Origin: Candidatus Thorarchaeota archaeon
GTDB lineage: Archaea > Asgardarchaeota > Thorarchaeia > Thorarchaeales > Thorarchaeaceae
Assembly (NCBI GenBank): GCA_046758445.1
Contig: JBHIAE010000036.1
Location: 1 to 27,788 of the forward strand
Length of the DNA: 27,788 bases
Direction: 5' to 3'
Shown here one piece after another: positions 9,154 to 18,556 of the stretch. The position numbers were made by a program, and so were the translations under genes. Under the pieces are notes generated by a model, which saw nothing but the letters and a program-made list of their open reading frames with translations, did not search any database and was not told the DNA's origin. Each line of letters starts with the position of its first letter. Position 1 is the stretch's first letter.

Positions 9154-10029
9154 CTACTCATATGGGAGGTCTTCAGTTGTTTCAAAGGCTCTTATAATGA
9201 AATACATCGAAACAGACATGACCGCAAGGATTCCGACAATCGATAGGAGGAACCCTCTGCCACTCAACTCGTTGAAGAAGAACAACCAGCCGTAACGTTC
9301 ACTCCATGAGGTCAAGCCAGTGAATACTCCTATCACCTCAATGACCCATCCCATGGCAACGGCAACTAGAAGCCCGAGTGTGATGTAGACTCCTCTCTTG
9401 ACCCATGTGCTCTTCTGAACAGATGTCTTGACTACCTTCTTCCTAGCGGGTGCTTCCAGTTTCGGCGCGTCTGCTGTAGCTGTTCTAATCAACCTTGCAT
9501 CTTGGATATTGCTAAGCCTCACCGTGAAGTAACTCTTGATACTCCTCCGCGTGATGTCAACCCGTCGAGTCAGAAGTTTGTCCATCACAACAAAGGTGCT
9601 TGTGAACGTAAAGAGGCCCGTCCACAAGGGTGGATAGATGGTAAGCACAAAGGGTATGTAGAAGTAGGTTGTGTTGTACACAGCCAGCCCAAGCCTGAGG
9701 GCTAGGATGAGGGAGAGCCAAAGTGTGTTTGGGCCCTGAAGATTGTTTCTGGTGTGAAGATAGTAGGATCCCGCCAACATACAAAAGAGTGAGAATCCAA
9801 CGATGTTCATGAGCGACCATACCAACCATAGATTATTCGCCAACAAGAATCGTGTGATTGGATTGAACTCGATCGCCACACCATACAGTTCAGTTGCAAG
9901 CAGAGTGTAACATACGTCGATGATCCCTATTGGGATGAGTGCGAGCACAATCACACGAATCCAGGCTTTGCTCCACCAAGTAGTGCAGAGTTCTCTGATA
10001 CTGATATCACCCATGTACTTCATGTTCAT
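9154..10029 (-). CDS. Integral membrane protein with N-terminal DUF5658-like domain
   Basis: IIDVCYT...YGVAIEFNPITR matches the D-x3-T...G-x3-E-x-N-P pattern. About 4 TM, a basic linker, then 2 TM. Confidence 0.7.
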   Translation of the reverse strand: MNMKYMGDISIRELCTTWWSKAWIRVIVLALIPIGIIDVCYTLLATELYGVAIEFNPITRFLLANNLWLVWSLMNIVGFSLFCMLAGSYYLHTRNNLQGPNTLWLSLILALRLGLAVYNTTYFYIPFVLTIYPPLWTGLFTFTSTFVVMDKLLTRRVDITRRSIKSYFTVRLSNIQDARLIRTATADAPKLEAPARKKVVKTSVQKSTWVKRGVYITLGLLVAVAMGWVIEVIGVFTGLTSWSERYGWLFFFNELSGRGFLLSIVGILAVMSVSMYFIIRAFETTEDLPYE

Positions 10030-10063
10030 TCTCCGCTTTCAGACACGAGCCTATTCAGGCGGG

Positions 10064-10070
10064 TATAAAA
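10064..10070 (-). promoter_or_regulatory. Candidate archaeal TATA box
   Basis: TTTTATA on the minus strand about 35 nt upstream of the ATG at 10029. Confidence 0.4.
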
Positions 10071-10166
10071 CCGTTGTTCTCTACGTAATACTGAATCGCA
10101 GCTTCTTTGCGCGCCAGCTAGAGGTCATACTAGCATTCTCATCACTCACGACGGCGGACAATGCTT

Positions 10167-10205
10167 CAAAAAGAAATGGGGGTGCAGAGGGTCGAAACCC
10201 CCTGC
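10167..10205 (-). terminator. Hairpin plus U-tract downstream of dppA
   Basis: Minus strand GCAGGGGGT-TTCG-ACCCTCTGC (9 bp including one G-U, UUCG loop) followed by ATTTCTTTTTG, about 30 nt after the dppA stop. Confidence 0.7.
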
Positions 10206-10236
10206 GTTTGTGCTAAGCTAGATTCTACTGGAAGTA

Positions 10237-12120
10237 CTACGTTGCGTAGTCCTTGTAGAGATGGAACCAGTACCAACCGCTCAGCATCGGATTGTATACG
10301 AGACCACTGCCCTTCATCCAAGCCTTGTAGACCGTGAACTCCTTGGGCTGGTACATGTAGATGCTTGGCTGGTCGTAGGCCACCTGTGCCTGGATCTTGC
10401 CGTAGAGGTCGAGCCTCTCAGATGGGACGATTGACTTCGAGGCGTTGACGATCCATGAATCAACAGTGGCATTCTTGTAGCCGGAAGCAATCATGAATGT
10501 ACCAGTTGAGGCCACGAATGGGAAGGCATAGTTGTGTGGGTCTGCGTAGTCTGGTGCCCAGCCAATGAGCCAGATAGGCAACTCACCATTGTCCATCTTT
10601 TCCAGGTAATTGGCCCACTCTAGAGCGTTGACTCTCACCTCTGGGACTGTAGTTATGCCAGTCAAGTTGGTGGCTGAATCTGCCATGACTGCTGCAAAGC
10701 CGTCCTTCATGAGCAGACAACCCTGCTCACGGATGACGTTGCCTGAGTTGTAGTAGAGGTCAATGAAGCCTTCCATAGCATTGATGTCCCTGGTGAAGTT
10801 CTCCAAGTTCATTGCCTGGTTCCACCAAGCAACAGCTTGCGCGATGTCGTACGTTTCCTTCCAATAGGACGAGTCTTGACCGAACATGCCTTGTGGAATG
10901 AAGCCCTTCGCCTGGAAGCCCCAACCTCTGACTATGGCACTGATTGCAGCGTCGTAGTTGAACGCGTATGCGAATGTCTTTCTGAGTTCCCTGTACGCGA
11001 ATGGACTCTCCACCTCTTTTTCAATTCCACCCCTACTGATGTTGATTGGATTGAAGTTGAAGGTGAACGCCATTAGCGTGTAGCTGAAGCCTCCGGTACG
11101 TACAGTGATGCTTGGGTCCCTTGAACCCAGTGTGACGTTGTCCCAGATCTCGTCAGCGTTTGTTGTTGGCCAGTAGACATTGTCGGCAAGACCAGTTCTG
11201 AGGTTCAGCAGTCTGCCAGTCGTGTCCTCGTTGGTCTTGATGTAGACCTCCTTGATTGAGCCTGCGTAGGTTGGAGGCTTAATTGCTGCCTCAGTCGCGG
11301 TGGCTCTCCAGTAGCCATCATAGATGACCATGTGGACGAACTCATTGGGTCTCCACTCCTCAAGTATATACGGACCAGTGCCGCTGGTGTGGGTCTCCAT
11401 CCAAGTGTGAACCTCACCGTACTCAACACCCCAGTGAGAGTCCATCGGACCCGTGTCGTTGTTAGGATTGCTGAGCACATAGGTTGGGCTCATCTGTGCA
11501 CCGACCTCGTAGGTCATTGCCGGAATGAATGGTGCAAATGGGTATTCCAGGTTGAACTGGATGGTGTATGTGTCCAGAACAACGAGTGCACCCGAGTTTG
11601 CCTGCCAGTCATCGAAGGCGGCAATGAACTCTGGTGAGGTTGTACCGTTCACAAAGGCCTCTAACTCTACGACTTCGCCTCCCTTGATTGGTTCAGCGAT
11701 CATCCACACAGGACCGTGAGTGTTGAACTGTTTCATAGCTCTCTCAAAGTTCCACTTGACAACGCTAGCATTGAAGGGCGTTCCGTCATGGAATGTTATG
11801 CCCTGGCGCAGTGAAATGTTGTACTGCTTGCCGTCTGCCGAAATGACCGGCGCAGCTGATGCCAGGAGTGGAACCGTAGGCTCAGTGTTGTCCGAACCCC
11901 ACAGGTATGTATACAACGTTTCGTAGATATTGAAATGTAGTCCCGATCCAAAGCTCTCGTAGTTGGCGTGCGGGTCCATGCTCCTAGGGTTGCCTATTGT
12001 CTCCGCGATGTATTGATCCTCAGGAGTGATCCTGGGTTGTGTTAGGAAGACAAAAGCAACACCAGCACCCGCAACCACAATCACGATAACTATGATCGCG
12101 TATATCTGGTTTCTTTCCAT
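10237..12120 (-). CDS. dppA: ABC transporter substrate-binding protein, family 5 (DppA/OppA-like)
   Basis: PRSMDPHANYE, NIYETLY, LRQGITFHDGTPFNA, SGTGPYILEEW, GWAPDYADPHN. N-terminal TM anchor. ATG at 12120 with AGGAGG SD. Confidence 0.93.
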   Translation of the reverse strand: MERNQIYAIIVIVIVVAGAGVAFVFLTQPRITPEDQYIAETIGNPRSMDPHANYESFGSGLHFNIYETLYTYLWGSDNTEPTVPLLASAAPVISADGKQYNISLRQGITFHDGTPFNASVVKWNFERAMKQFNTHGPVWMIAEPIKGGEVVELEAFVNGTTSPEFIAAFDDWQANSGALVVLDTYTIQFNLEYPFAPFIPAMTYEVGAQMSPTYVLSNPNNDTGPMDSHWGVEYGEVHTWMETHTSGTGPYILEEWRPNEFVHMVIYDGYWRATATEAAIKPPTYAGSIKEVYIKTNEDTTGRLLNLRTGLADNVYWPTTNADEIWDNVTLGSRDPSITVRTGGFSYTLMAFTFNFNPINISRGGIEKEVESPFAYRELRKTFAYAFNYDAAISAIVRGWGFQAKGFIPQGMFGQDSSYWKETYDIAQAVAWWNQAMNLENFTRDINAMEGFIDLYYNSGNVIREQGCLLMKDGFAAVMADSATNLTGITTVPEVRVNALEWANYLEKMDNGELPIWLIGWAPDYADPHNYAFPFVASTGTFMIASGYKNATVDSWIVNASKSIVPSERLDLYGKIQAQVAYDQPSIYMYQPKEFTVYKAWMKGSGLVYNPMLSGWYWFHLYKDYAT

Positions 12121-12399
12121 TGGAAATGTATTCCTCCTTCTTGCAAGAAGTGAGAAGACATCTTCTTGCCTGGGGCTCACCGAAGTGTGCCCACATTGGA
12201 GCCCTATTGGAGAGATATTGTCTAATATAGCTTGTGGGTAATGTTAGAGGTGTGAGCAGGTACACAACAAACTAGAAATACTGTCCTGTGCCGCGCAGCG
12301 GCTTCGAGTTCTCTGCAAGTTCATTGTAGTTCTTATTGCCGAGCGTCAAGTGTATGGCGGACCATCATGCGTCAGGCAAATGTGCGGCAGAATCTAAGA

Positions 12400-12446
12400 C
12401 CGTACGACGGTCGACAGGCACGTATCGCCACGAACCGTCGTACAGG
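12400..12446. promoter_or_regulatory. Inverted repeat in the dppA/dppB divergent intergenic region
   Basis: GTACGACGGT (12402-12411) / ACCGTCGTAC (12434-12443) form perfect 10-bp arms, with inner GGC/GCC pairing, followed by ATTATTTCTTT. Confidence 0.5.
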
Positions 12447-12557
12447 ATTATTTCTTTGAACCAAAGTCTTAAATGTCCCTCTATTGGATGCGCCTTTTGA
12501 TATCAGGTTGGCATAATCTACCATATCGTAAAGTCTGTGCATGTGAAGTGGTCCATA

Positions 12558-13583
12558 ATGAGACTGAGAGACTATGTATTGAGAAGGGTCCTCTTATCCA
12601 TTCCTGTCATCATAGGCGTCTTGGCCATCACCTTCGTCTTGGCCTATGTTGTTGGGAACCCTGTAGCTATGTACATTACAGAAAGAACCCATCCCGACGC
12701 CATCGCAGGAATCATAAAGGATCATGGACTTGATCAGCCGCTCTACATTCAGTTCTTCTACTATCTGAGGGACCTGTTCGCTGGCGACTGGGGATACTCG
12801 TACACGGCGAGGGCGCCCGTTATGACTACTATCCAGAGATACTTCCCTGCGACCATCGAGTTGTCAATCGTTGCCATGATAATCGCAGTGACAATTGGAA
12901 TCCCACTCGGGATCATTTCAGCAACAAAGAAGGACAGACTCACGGATCATGTTACTCGAGTTATTGCTCTAGCAGGGGTCTCTATGCCCATATTCTGGTT
13001 TGCTCTCATGCTGAAATACCTCCTTTACTTCCAGTTCTTCATGTGGGGCCTGCCTTACCTTCCAGAAGGAGGTAGATACTCGTTCACTGTCATAGATCAC
13101 ACCCCGATTACGAACTTTGTGTTGCTAGATGCAGTATTGACTGGCAACGTGGTGTTGTTCTTTGATGCTCTCATTCACCTCGTGATGCCCGCTATGTGTC
13201 TTGGATACATCTTTCTTGCTGTCATCACGAGGATGATGCGGTCCAGCATGTTAGAGGTTTTGAAGGAAGATTACATAACAATGGCACGCTCAAAGGGGCT
13301 GAGGGAGCGAGTTGTGATTTACCGGCATGCTCTGAGGAACGCGATGATACCTACTGTCACTATTATTGGTCTTGCATTTGGCGGACTCATAACTGGAGCC
13401 GTCCTTACTGAAACAATCTTCAGTTGGCCAGGTCTTGGCCGTTGGGCCGTCGCAGCCATCCTTACGTCCGATATTCCAAGCATCAATGCGTTCACGCTAC
13501 TTGTCGCAATCATATTCGTCACAGCCAATCTGATTGTTGATCTCGTGTATGCTGCCCTCGATCCGCGCATACGATATGGTTAG
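12558..13583 (+). CDS. dppB: Peptide ABC transporter permease DppB/OppB
   Basis: GLDQPLYIQFFYYL, GDWGYS, FPATIEL, EAA loop DYITMARSKGL...HALRNA, TETIFSWPGLG. ATG at 12558. Confidence 0.93.
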   Translation: MRLRDYVLRRVLLSIPVIIGVLAITFVLAYVVGNPVAMYITERTHPDAIAGIIKDHGLDQPLYIQFFYYLRDLFAGDWGYSYTARAPVMTTIQRYFPATIELSIVAMIIAVTIGIPLGIISATKKDRLTDHVTRVIALAGVSMPIFWFALMLKYLLYFQFFMWGLPYLPEGGRYSFTVIDHTPITNFVLLDAVLTGNVVLFFDALIHLVMPAMCLGYIFLAVITRMMRSSMLEVLKEDYITMARSKGLRERVVIYRHALRNAMIPTVTIIGLAFGGLITGAVLTETIFSWPGLGRWAVAAILTSDIPSINAFTLLVAIIFVTANLIVDLVYAALDPRIRYG

Positions 13584-13595
13584 AGGTGATGAGAA

Positions 13596-14888
13596 ATGGG
13601 AGAAATACGACCTCAAGCTTTGGTGGCTGAAGACGAACTTGTAGAGAAACGATTTCCAATGGTGAGAATCCTCGGTCTCTATCAGGCAATAGCTGGCCTA
13701 ATAGGTGCCGTGGCCGGGCTGATCGTCCTCGCTCCTATGATTGTAGGTTACATCGCGCTCGAAATCGGAATCGCTTTTGTTTTAGGTACATTAGTGCTTA
13801 ACACTCTGCCGCTGATTCTGCTTGGCCTATGGCTGTATTCAATTGGAAGATCGATTCTGAAATTGGATACTGGGGCATTTTCATCGGTAATGTACGGCAA
13901 CCTCATCTACATGGGGCTCCTCTTGTTAGTAGGAGGCTGGTTACCATTCATGATCCCTATCTATGTGGTAGCGATTCTCATACTGATGATCCCAAGCGCA
14001 AGGGCTTACTGGTGGCAGCTTTTCAGGGAGGACTTGGGTCCGAGGATGAAGGAGCTTAGGTACAGTCTGTATCTCATCCGAAGAAGTCCCCTTGTGATCG
14101 CTGGTCTGATTATCATCGCTGGCTACATCATCATCGCTCTTACGGTGCAATTCTGGGCCCCCTACGGCCCTACCGAGAGAATCTGGACTGAAACCTTGCA
14201 GCCACCTAGTCCCGATCATATTTGGGGGACTAATCAAAGTGGCGGTGACATATTCAGTATGGTCATGTGGGCGACTCAAATAGACTTGAGAATCGCTGTC
14301 ACGGTCGTTTCAGTTGCGCTGATAATCGGCACACTGATTGGAGCCGCAGCAGGCTACTTTGGCGGCGCTGTTGATGAGATAGTCATGCGAATCACGGATG
14401 TGTTCTTTGCATTCCCAGGTCTCATCCTTGCCATGGCGATAGTGGCTGCTCTCGGTGAGAGAAACCTTGACAACATTGCAATCGCTATGATGGTTGTATG
14501 GTGGCCCACTTATGCCCGTCTGGTGAGAGGCCAGGTGTTGATTGAGCGTGAGAGGCTGTACGTGGAAGCTGCACGTTCTGTAGGTGCATCGGACTTCAGG
14601 ATTCTGATAAGTCACATTCTCCCAAACACAGTACAGCCGGTCATCGTGCAGTCCACGCTTGACCTTGGCGGTGTCCTGCTGACAGCAGCCGGCCTCAGCT
14701 TCATCGGCTTCGGTGCAGAAGCGGGTACAGCGGAATGGGGCCTCATGATTGCCATCGGGCAGGACCACTTTACATTGTACTGGTTGATCTTCTATCCAGG
14801 GATGGCGATCCTGCTCTGTGCACTTGCCTTCAACCTGGTGGGCGACGGAGTTAGAGACATCTTGGATCCAAAACTTAGAAGACGATGA
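13596..14888 (+). CDS. dppC: Peptide ABC transporter permease DppC/OppC with extra N-terminal membrane domain
   Basis: PPSPDHIWGT, DEIVMRITDVFFAFP, YVEAARSVGAS...HILPN, AAGLSFIGFG, AFNLVGDGVRDILDP. GAGGTG SD. Confidence 0.92.
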   Translation: MGEIRPQALVAEDELVEKRFPMVRILGLYQAIAGLIGAVAGLIVLAPMIVGYIALEIGIAFVLGTLVLNTLPLILLGLWLYSIGRSILKLDTGAFSSVMYGNLIYMGLLLLVGGWLPFMIPIYVVAILILMIPSARAYWWQLFREDLGPRMKELRYSLYLIRRSPLVIAGLIIIAGYIIIALTVQFWAPYGPTERIWTETLQPPSPDHIWGTNQSGGDIFSMVMWATQIDLRIAVTVVSVALIIGTLIGAAAGYFGGAVDEIVMRITDVFFAFPGLILAMAIVAALGERNLDNIAIAMMVVWWPTYARLVRGQVLIERERLYVEAARSVGASDFRILISHILPNTVQPVIVQSTLDLGGVLLTAAGLSFIGFGAEAGTAEWGLMIAIGQDHFTLYWLIFYPGMAILLCALAFNLVGDGVRDILDPKLRRR

Positions 14889-14907
14889 TAACAAGAGATG
14901 AAAGACA

Positions 14908-16125
14908 GTGGTACCATCAAACAATATAACTCAGGAAAGCACCGATGAAATGCTCACACTAGAAGAGGGTGTGATCCTTGACGTCAAGGGGGTCAAGACC
15001 TCATTCTATACCTATGAGGGCGTTGTGAAGGCTCTAGATGGCATAACAGTTCAACTTAGGAAGGGTGACACCCTGGCATTTGTCGGGGAAACAGGCTGTG
15101 GGAAATCCGTGACTGCGAAGTCAATCTTGCGTCTCGTGGACGCCCCAGGACGGATAGAGGAGGGCGAGATAGTCTTCCGAGACCGTGCACTGGACGGCAG
15201 CGAGATTGTAATGGATCTTCTGAAGTTGTCAGAGGATGAGATGCGTCAGATTAGAGGCAATCGAATATCAATAGTATTCCAAGACCCCGCAACGTATCCC
15301 AACCCCGTCTTCCGAATTGGCGATCAGATTGCTGAGGTAATTTCTCTACATCAGGATCTTGCTTTGGACGCTCTGAAAATGAAGATTGAGCGCCTTGAGG
15401 CCACCCTGGCAGAGAATCCGGACGCCCCAAATCTCGCTGAGATACAGGACAAGATTTCCGTGTACAGAAGTCAGCTCGAAGATCCACCTGCGCCAACTGA
15501 GGACGACAAGAAGCAGGTGTCCAAGAAGAAGGCTGTACATATGCTCGAGATGGTGCGGATGCCCTCACCCGAAGAGGTCGCCAATCAGTATCCCCATGAG
15601 CTATCCGGAGGTATGAGACAGAGAGCACTCATCGCGATGTCTCTGTCATGCAACCCTCAGATCCTGATATGTGACGAGGCCACAACAGCACTCGATGTCA
15701 CTGTTCAGGCTCAGGTCCTCAAGCTATTGAACGAGCTCAAGTCAGAGTTTGATTCTTCAATCATCATCATCACTCACGACCTGGGAGTTGTTGCGGAGAC
15801 CTGCACGCAAGTTGCTGTGATGTACGCCGGGGTTGTTGTTGAGTACGCGTCAACTGAAGAACTGTTCTCGGATCCGATACACCCCTACACGACAGGTTTG
15901 CTCCGGGCGATTCCGAAGCTTACTGAGAAGTCTGATCGGCTTCTGCAGATCAGGGGGACTGTACCGAACTTGATCACTCCACCAACTGGATGTAGATTCC
16001 ATCCGCGATGTGAGTTCATGACTAAGATCTGCAAGGAACAGAGGCCTCCAAGAGAAGAGATGAAGCCCGGCCACTGGGTGGAGTGCTTCCATCCACAGGG
16101 CTCCATGAAGGGAAAGAAGAGGTGA
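14908..16125 (+). CDS. dppD: Peptide ABC transporter ATPase DppD/OppD
   Basis: Walker A GETGCGKS, LSGGMRQR signature, ILICDE, ITHD, C-terminal GCRFHPRC...C...C cluster motif. Start may be ATG at 14950. Confidence 0.93.
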   Translation: MVPSNNITQESTDEMLTLEEGVILDVKGVKTSFYTYEGVVKALDGITVQLRKGDTLAFVGETGCGKSVTAKSILRLVDAPGRIEEGEIVFRDRALDGSEIVMDLLKLSEDEMRQIRGNRISIVFQDPATYPNPVFRIGDQIAEVISLHQDLALDALKMKIERLEATLAENPDAPNLAEIQDKISVYRSQLEDPPAPTEDDKKQVSKKKAVHMLEMVRMPSPEEVANQYPHELSGGMRQRALIAMSLSCNPQILICDEATTALDVTVQAQVLKLLNELKSEFDSSIIIITHDLGVVAETCTQVAVMYAGVVVEYASTEELFSDPIHPYTTGLLRAIPKLTEKSDRLLQIRGTVPNLITPPTGCRFHPRCEFMTKICKEQRPPREEMKPGHWVECFHPQGSMKGKKR

Positions 16126-16131
16126 TCAAGG

Positions 16132-17163
16132 ATGCCAGACGGAGAACCTTTGGTGCAAGTAAAGAACTTGAAAAAGTACTTCCCATTGACTGGCGGAGTG
16201 TTCCGCAAGGTACTAGGGTATGTTAGAGCAGTTGACGACATCACGTTCGACATCTACAAGGGAGAAACCCTTGGGCTTGTCGGAGAAAGTGGATGTGGGA
16301 AGACCACAACAGGGAGAACGATACTTAGACTAATCCCTCAAACTGCAGGCGAAATATCCTTCGATGGTGTAGACATCGCTGAGCTGAACCAGAGGGAAAT
16401 GCAGCAGTTTCGTCGCAACATGGGAATCGTGTTCCAAGACCCGATGGCTTCGCTTGATCCCAGACTGACAATCAAGAATGCGGTGGGCGAGCCGCTCTTG
16501 GTGAATGGGGTCGCACGTGGCTACAGGCTTCGACAGAAGGTATTGGAGCTGCTTCAGAAGGTCGGTCTTACTGAGGATCACCTCAACAGGTTCCCGCACG
16601 AGTTTAGCGGAGGTCAGAGGCAGAGAATCTGTATCGCCCGTGCACTGGCTCTGAACCCGAAGTTTGTCGTGATGGACGAGCCCACATCAAGCACTGATGT
16701 ATCAGTTCAGGCGCAGACTCTGAACCTGATGAAGGACCTACAGTCGGAGTTTGACCTAACGTATCTGTTCATCTCACACAACTTGAGTGTTGTCAAGCAC
16801 ATGAGCGACAGAGTCGCCGTCATGTACCTTGGGAAGATACTAGAGATGACGCCTCGGGACATATTCGATGAGGCCCTACATCCCTACTCGGCTGCATTGG
16901 TATCGGCTGTTCCTATTCCAAACCCGGAACATGCTGGCCGCGCTGTGATCTTGGCCGGGGAGGTACCGAGTCCAATCAACCCGCCAACTGGTTGCGTATT
17001 CCATCCTCGATGCAGGTTCATGCAAGACATCTGCAGAGAGGAGATTCCAGAGCTTCGTGACATGGGCGATGGACACCTCGTTGCATGTCACTTCGCAGGA
17101 GAGTTGGACCTAGACTACAAGGAAGCGGTGGAGGCCCAAGAGGCCGCTATCGCCAGTGGATAG
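16132..17163 (+). CDS. dppF: Peptide ABC transporter ATPase DppF/OppF
   Basis: GESGCGKT, FSGGQRQR, VVMDEP, ISHN, GCVFHPRC...C...C. GAGGTG SD overlaps the dppD stop. Confidence 0.93.
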   Translation: MPDGEPLVQVKNLKKYFPLTGGVFRKVLGYVRAVDDITFDIYKGETLGLVGESGCGKTTTGRTILRLIPQTAGEISFDGVDIAELNQREMQQFRRNMGIVFQDPMASLDPRLTIKNAVGEPLLVNGVARGYRLRQKVLELLQKVGLTEDHLNRFPHEFSGGQRQRICIARALALNPKFVVMDEPTSSTDVSVQAQTLNLMKDLQSEFDLTYLFISHNLSVVKHMSDRVAVMYLGKILEMTPRDIFDEALHPYSAALVSAVPIPNPEHAGRAVILAGEVPSPINPPTGCVFHPRCRFMQDICREEIPELRDMGDGHLVACHFAGELDLDYKEAVEAQEAAIASG

Positions 17164-17230
17164 TCCATTGCCAAATGTAATATGTTCGCGGACCGAACTA
17201 CTGCAACGACGAGAAACGGAGGTACAGTGA

Positions 17231-17434
17231 ATGGATGATGAAGAATCACTAGAGCCACGGGAAGAAGCTGACTGGTCGCAATATGGAGATCATGAGGTCA
17301 GCAAGCATCCTCCTCTTGACGGGACGGACTATGTTGCGCTCTTCATCGCATCTCTTCAATCCATCTTCCTTCCCCTTGTCTTGCTGGCAATTGTGCTGGC
17401 CGCGATAGGATTCATGTTCATGTTGTTGCCATAG
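17231..17434 (+). CDS. Small membrane protein (67 aa), acidic N-terminus plus hydrophobic C-terminal hairpin
   Basis: GGAGG SD just upstream; clear amphipathic architecture. Confidence 0.6.
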   Translation: MDDEESLEPREEADWSQYGDHEVSKHPPLDGTDYVALFIASLQSIFLPLVLLAIVLAAIGFMFMLLP

Positions 17435-17449
17435 GCGGAGTGAAGGCAC

Positions 17450-17788
17450 GTGTGGAAGCCTGCAGTACAGCGTGGCCTCCTCATAGCAACTCTGCTAATG
17501 TCACTGATAGTAGTAGTAAGCCTGACGGCATCAGTGATAGCCCAGGTATCTCTCTTCGGCTACCTAGTTGGTGTATTTAGCTTCCTAGGGACCGGACTAC
17601 TACTCATTCTTGGAGGCTGCCTATATGCTCGCCAGCCTCTTGAAGATGAGAAGAGACATAAAGCGGACGGCAGCCCTGCTCCGTCTTGGCGGAGAGCACA
17701 GCTTGGCCTTAGACTAATGATTGCCAGTCTCTTCCTCTTTCTTTACGGCTTGCTCTTCACTTTCATCGGTATCACCTTGGGTGTCTAG
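17450..17788 (+). CDS. Small 3-TM membrane protein, unknown function
   Basis: Three hydrophobic helices, GTG start with GGAG SD. Its 3' end overlaps the convergent gene by 75 nt. Confidence 0.6.
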   Translation: MWKPAVQRGLLIATLLMSLIVVVSLTASVIAQVSLFGYLVGVFSFLGTGLLLILGGCLYARQPLEDEKRHKADGSPAPSWRRAQLGLRLMIASLFLFLYGLLFTFIGITLGV

Positions 17789-18556
17789 CGAGAAGATGTC
17801 ATCGCCTCTCTTGATGAGCTTGTATGCCGCTCCTGGCGCAATCATCATCAGAACAGCGACAGCTACTACCATTGAAACAAACACCACATAGGCCACACCT
17901 GGATTCGCGGCGGCCAACGGGATGAACACATGGGTGAAGAGGAAACCAATGAGTGAAGACACTCCATAGATGCCTGCTTCCACCATTGCATCACCCATGG
18001 GTGCCAATATGAAGGAAATGACCCCGGCGGCCAAAAGGATCTTGACCCACCTGCTAAGAGCATTCGTCGAAACAAGCGTGTAAGCGAAATCGCCCTCTCT
18101 GTACCGAAGCAGATCCTGTTGAGTCAACCATGTGAGCAGTCCATAAGACAAGGATACATCAAGAGGAGCCTGCACAAAAAGGAATGCTGCAAGTGCCACA
18201 AAGAATGCTCCACCTACTGCCGCAAACCCCCCAAATATCAGAAACACAGCAATCATGGGTAGAATTCCCAAGAAAGAACCTAGGGCAAGTGAGCCTTCAA
18301 GGGTTTTGTCTGTCAATAGTTCTTGGATGGCTGCCTTTGTCCTTGAATGGCGTCCCCGAATGACGTTCTTCATGACCCAGCCATAGGACAGACAGTTTGA
18401 ATAGTGTCTTCTTCCTGACAAATCGATGACACTAGGATCGAATCTAGCTTTCATGTATAGCAAGAGCTCTGCGAACTGTGCCGAGCGTCTGCGCCAAGTA
18501 ACCGCTAGGGCAAACGTGACAATCCCAAGCAGTGCTAATGCCAAGGTCATAAACAT
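17714..18556 (-). CDS. Unknown ~6-TM membrane protein, paralog B
   Basis: Shares ordered motifs with 18758..19537 (FDPSVIDLSG..YSNCLSYGWVMKNVIRG; PLDVSLSYGLL..LTQQD..GDFAY; APMGD; VFIPLA). Confidence 0.8.
   Translation of the reverse strand: MFMTLALALLGIVTFALAVTWRRRSAQFAELLLYMKARFDPSVIDLSGRRHYSNCLSYGWVMKNVIRGRHSRTKAAIQELLTDKTLEGSLALGSFLGILPMIAVFLIFGGFAAVGGAFFVALAAFLFVQAPLDVSLSYGLLTWLTQQDLLRYREGDFAYTLVSTNALSRWVKILLAAGVISFILAPMGDAMVEAGIYGVSSLIGFLFTHVFIPLAAANPGVAYVVFVSMVVAVAVLMMIAPGAAYKLIKRGDDIFSLDTQGDTDESEEQAVKKEEETGNH

Noticed and set aside
13581-13598. dppB TAG in frame with dppC (possible Pyl readthrough); same situation at 17434/17450
   Set aside because: Additional in-frame TGA stops lie in both spacers.
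16123-16134. dppD TGA is in frame with dppF (possible readthrough or Sec fusion)
   Set aside because: The TGA is part of the GAGGTGA Shine-Dalgarno for dppF, and both proteins are complete as separate chains.
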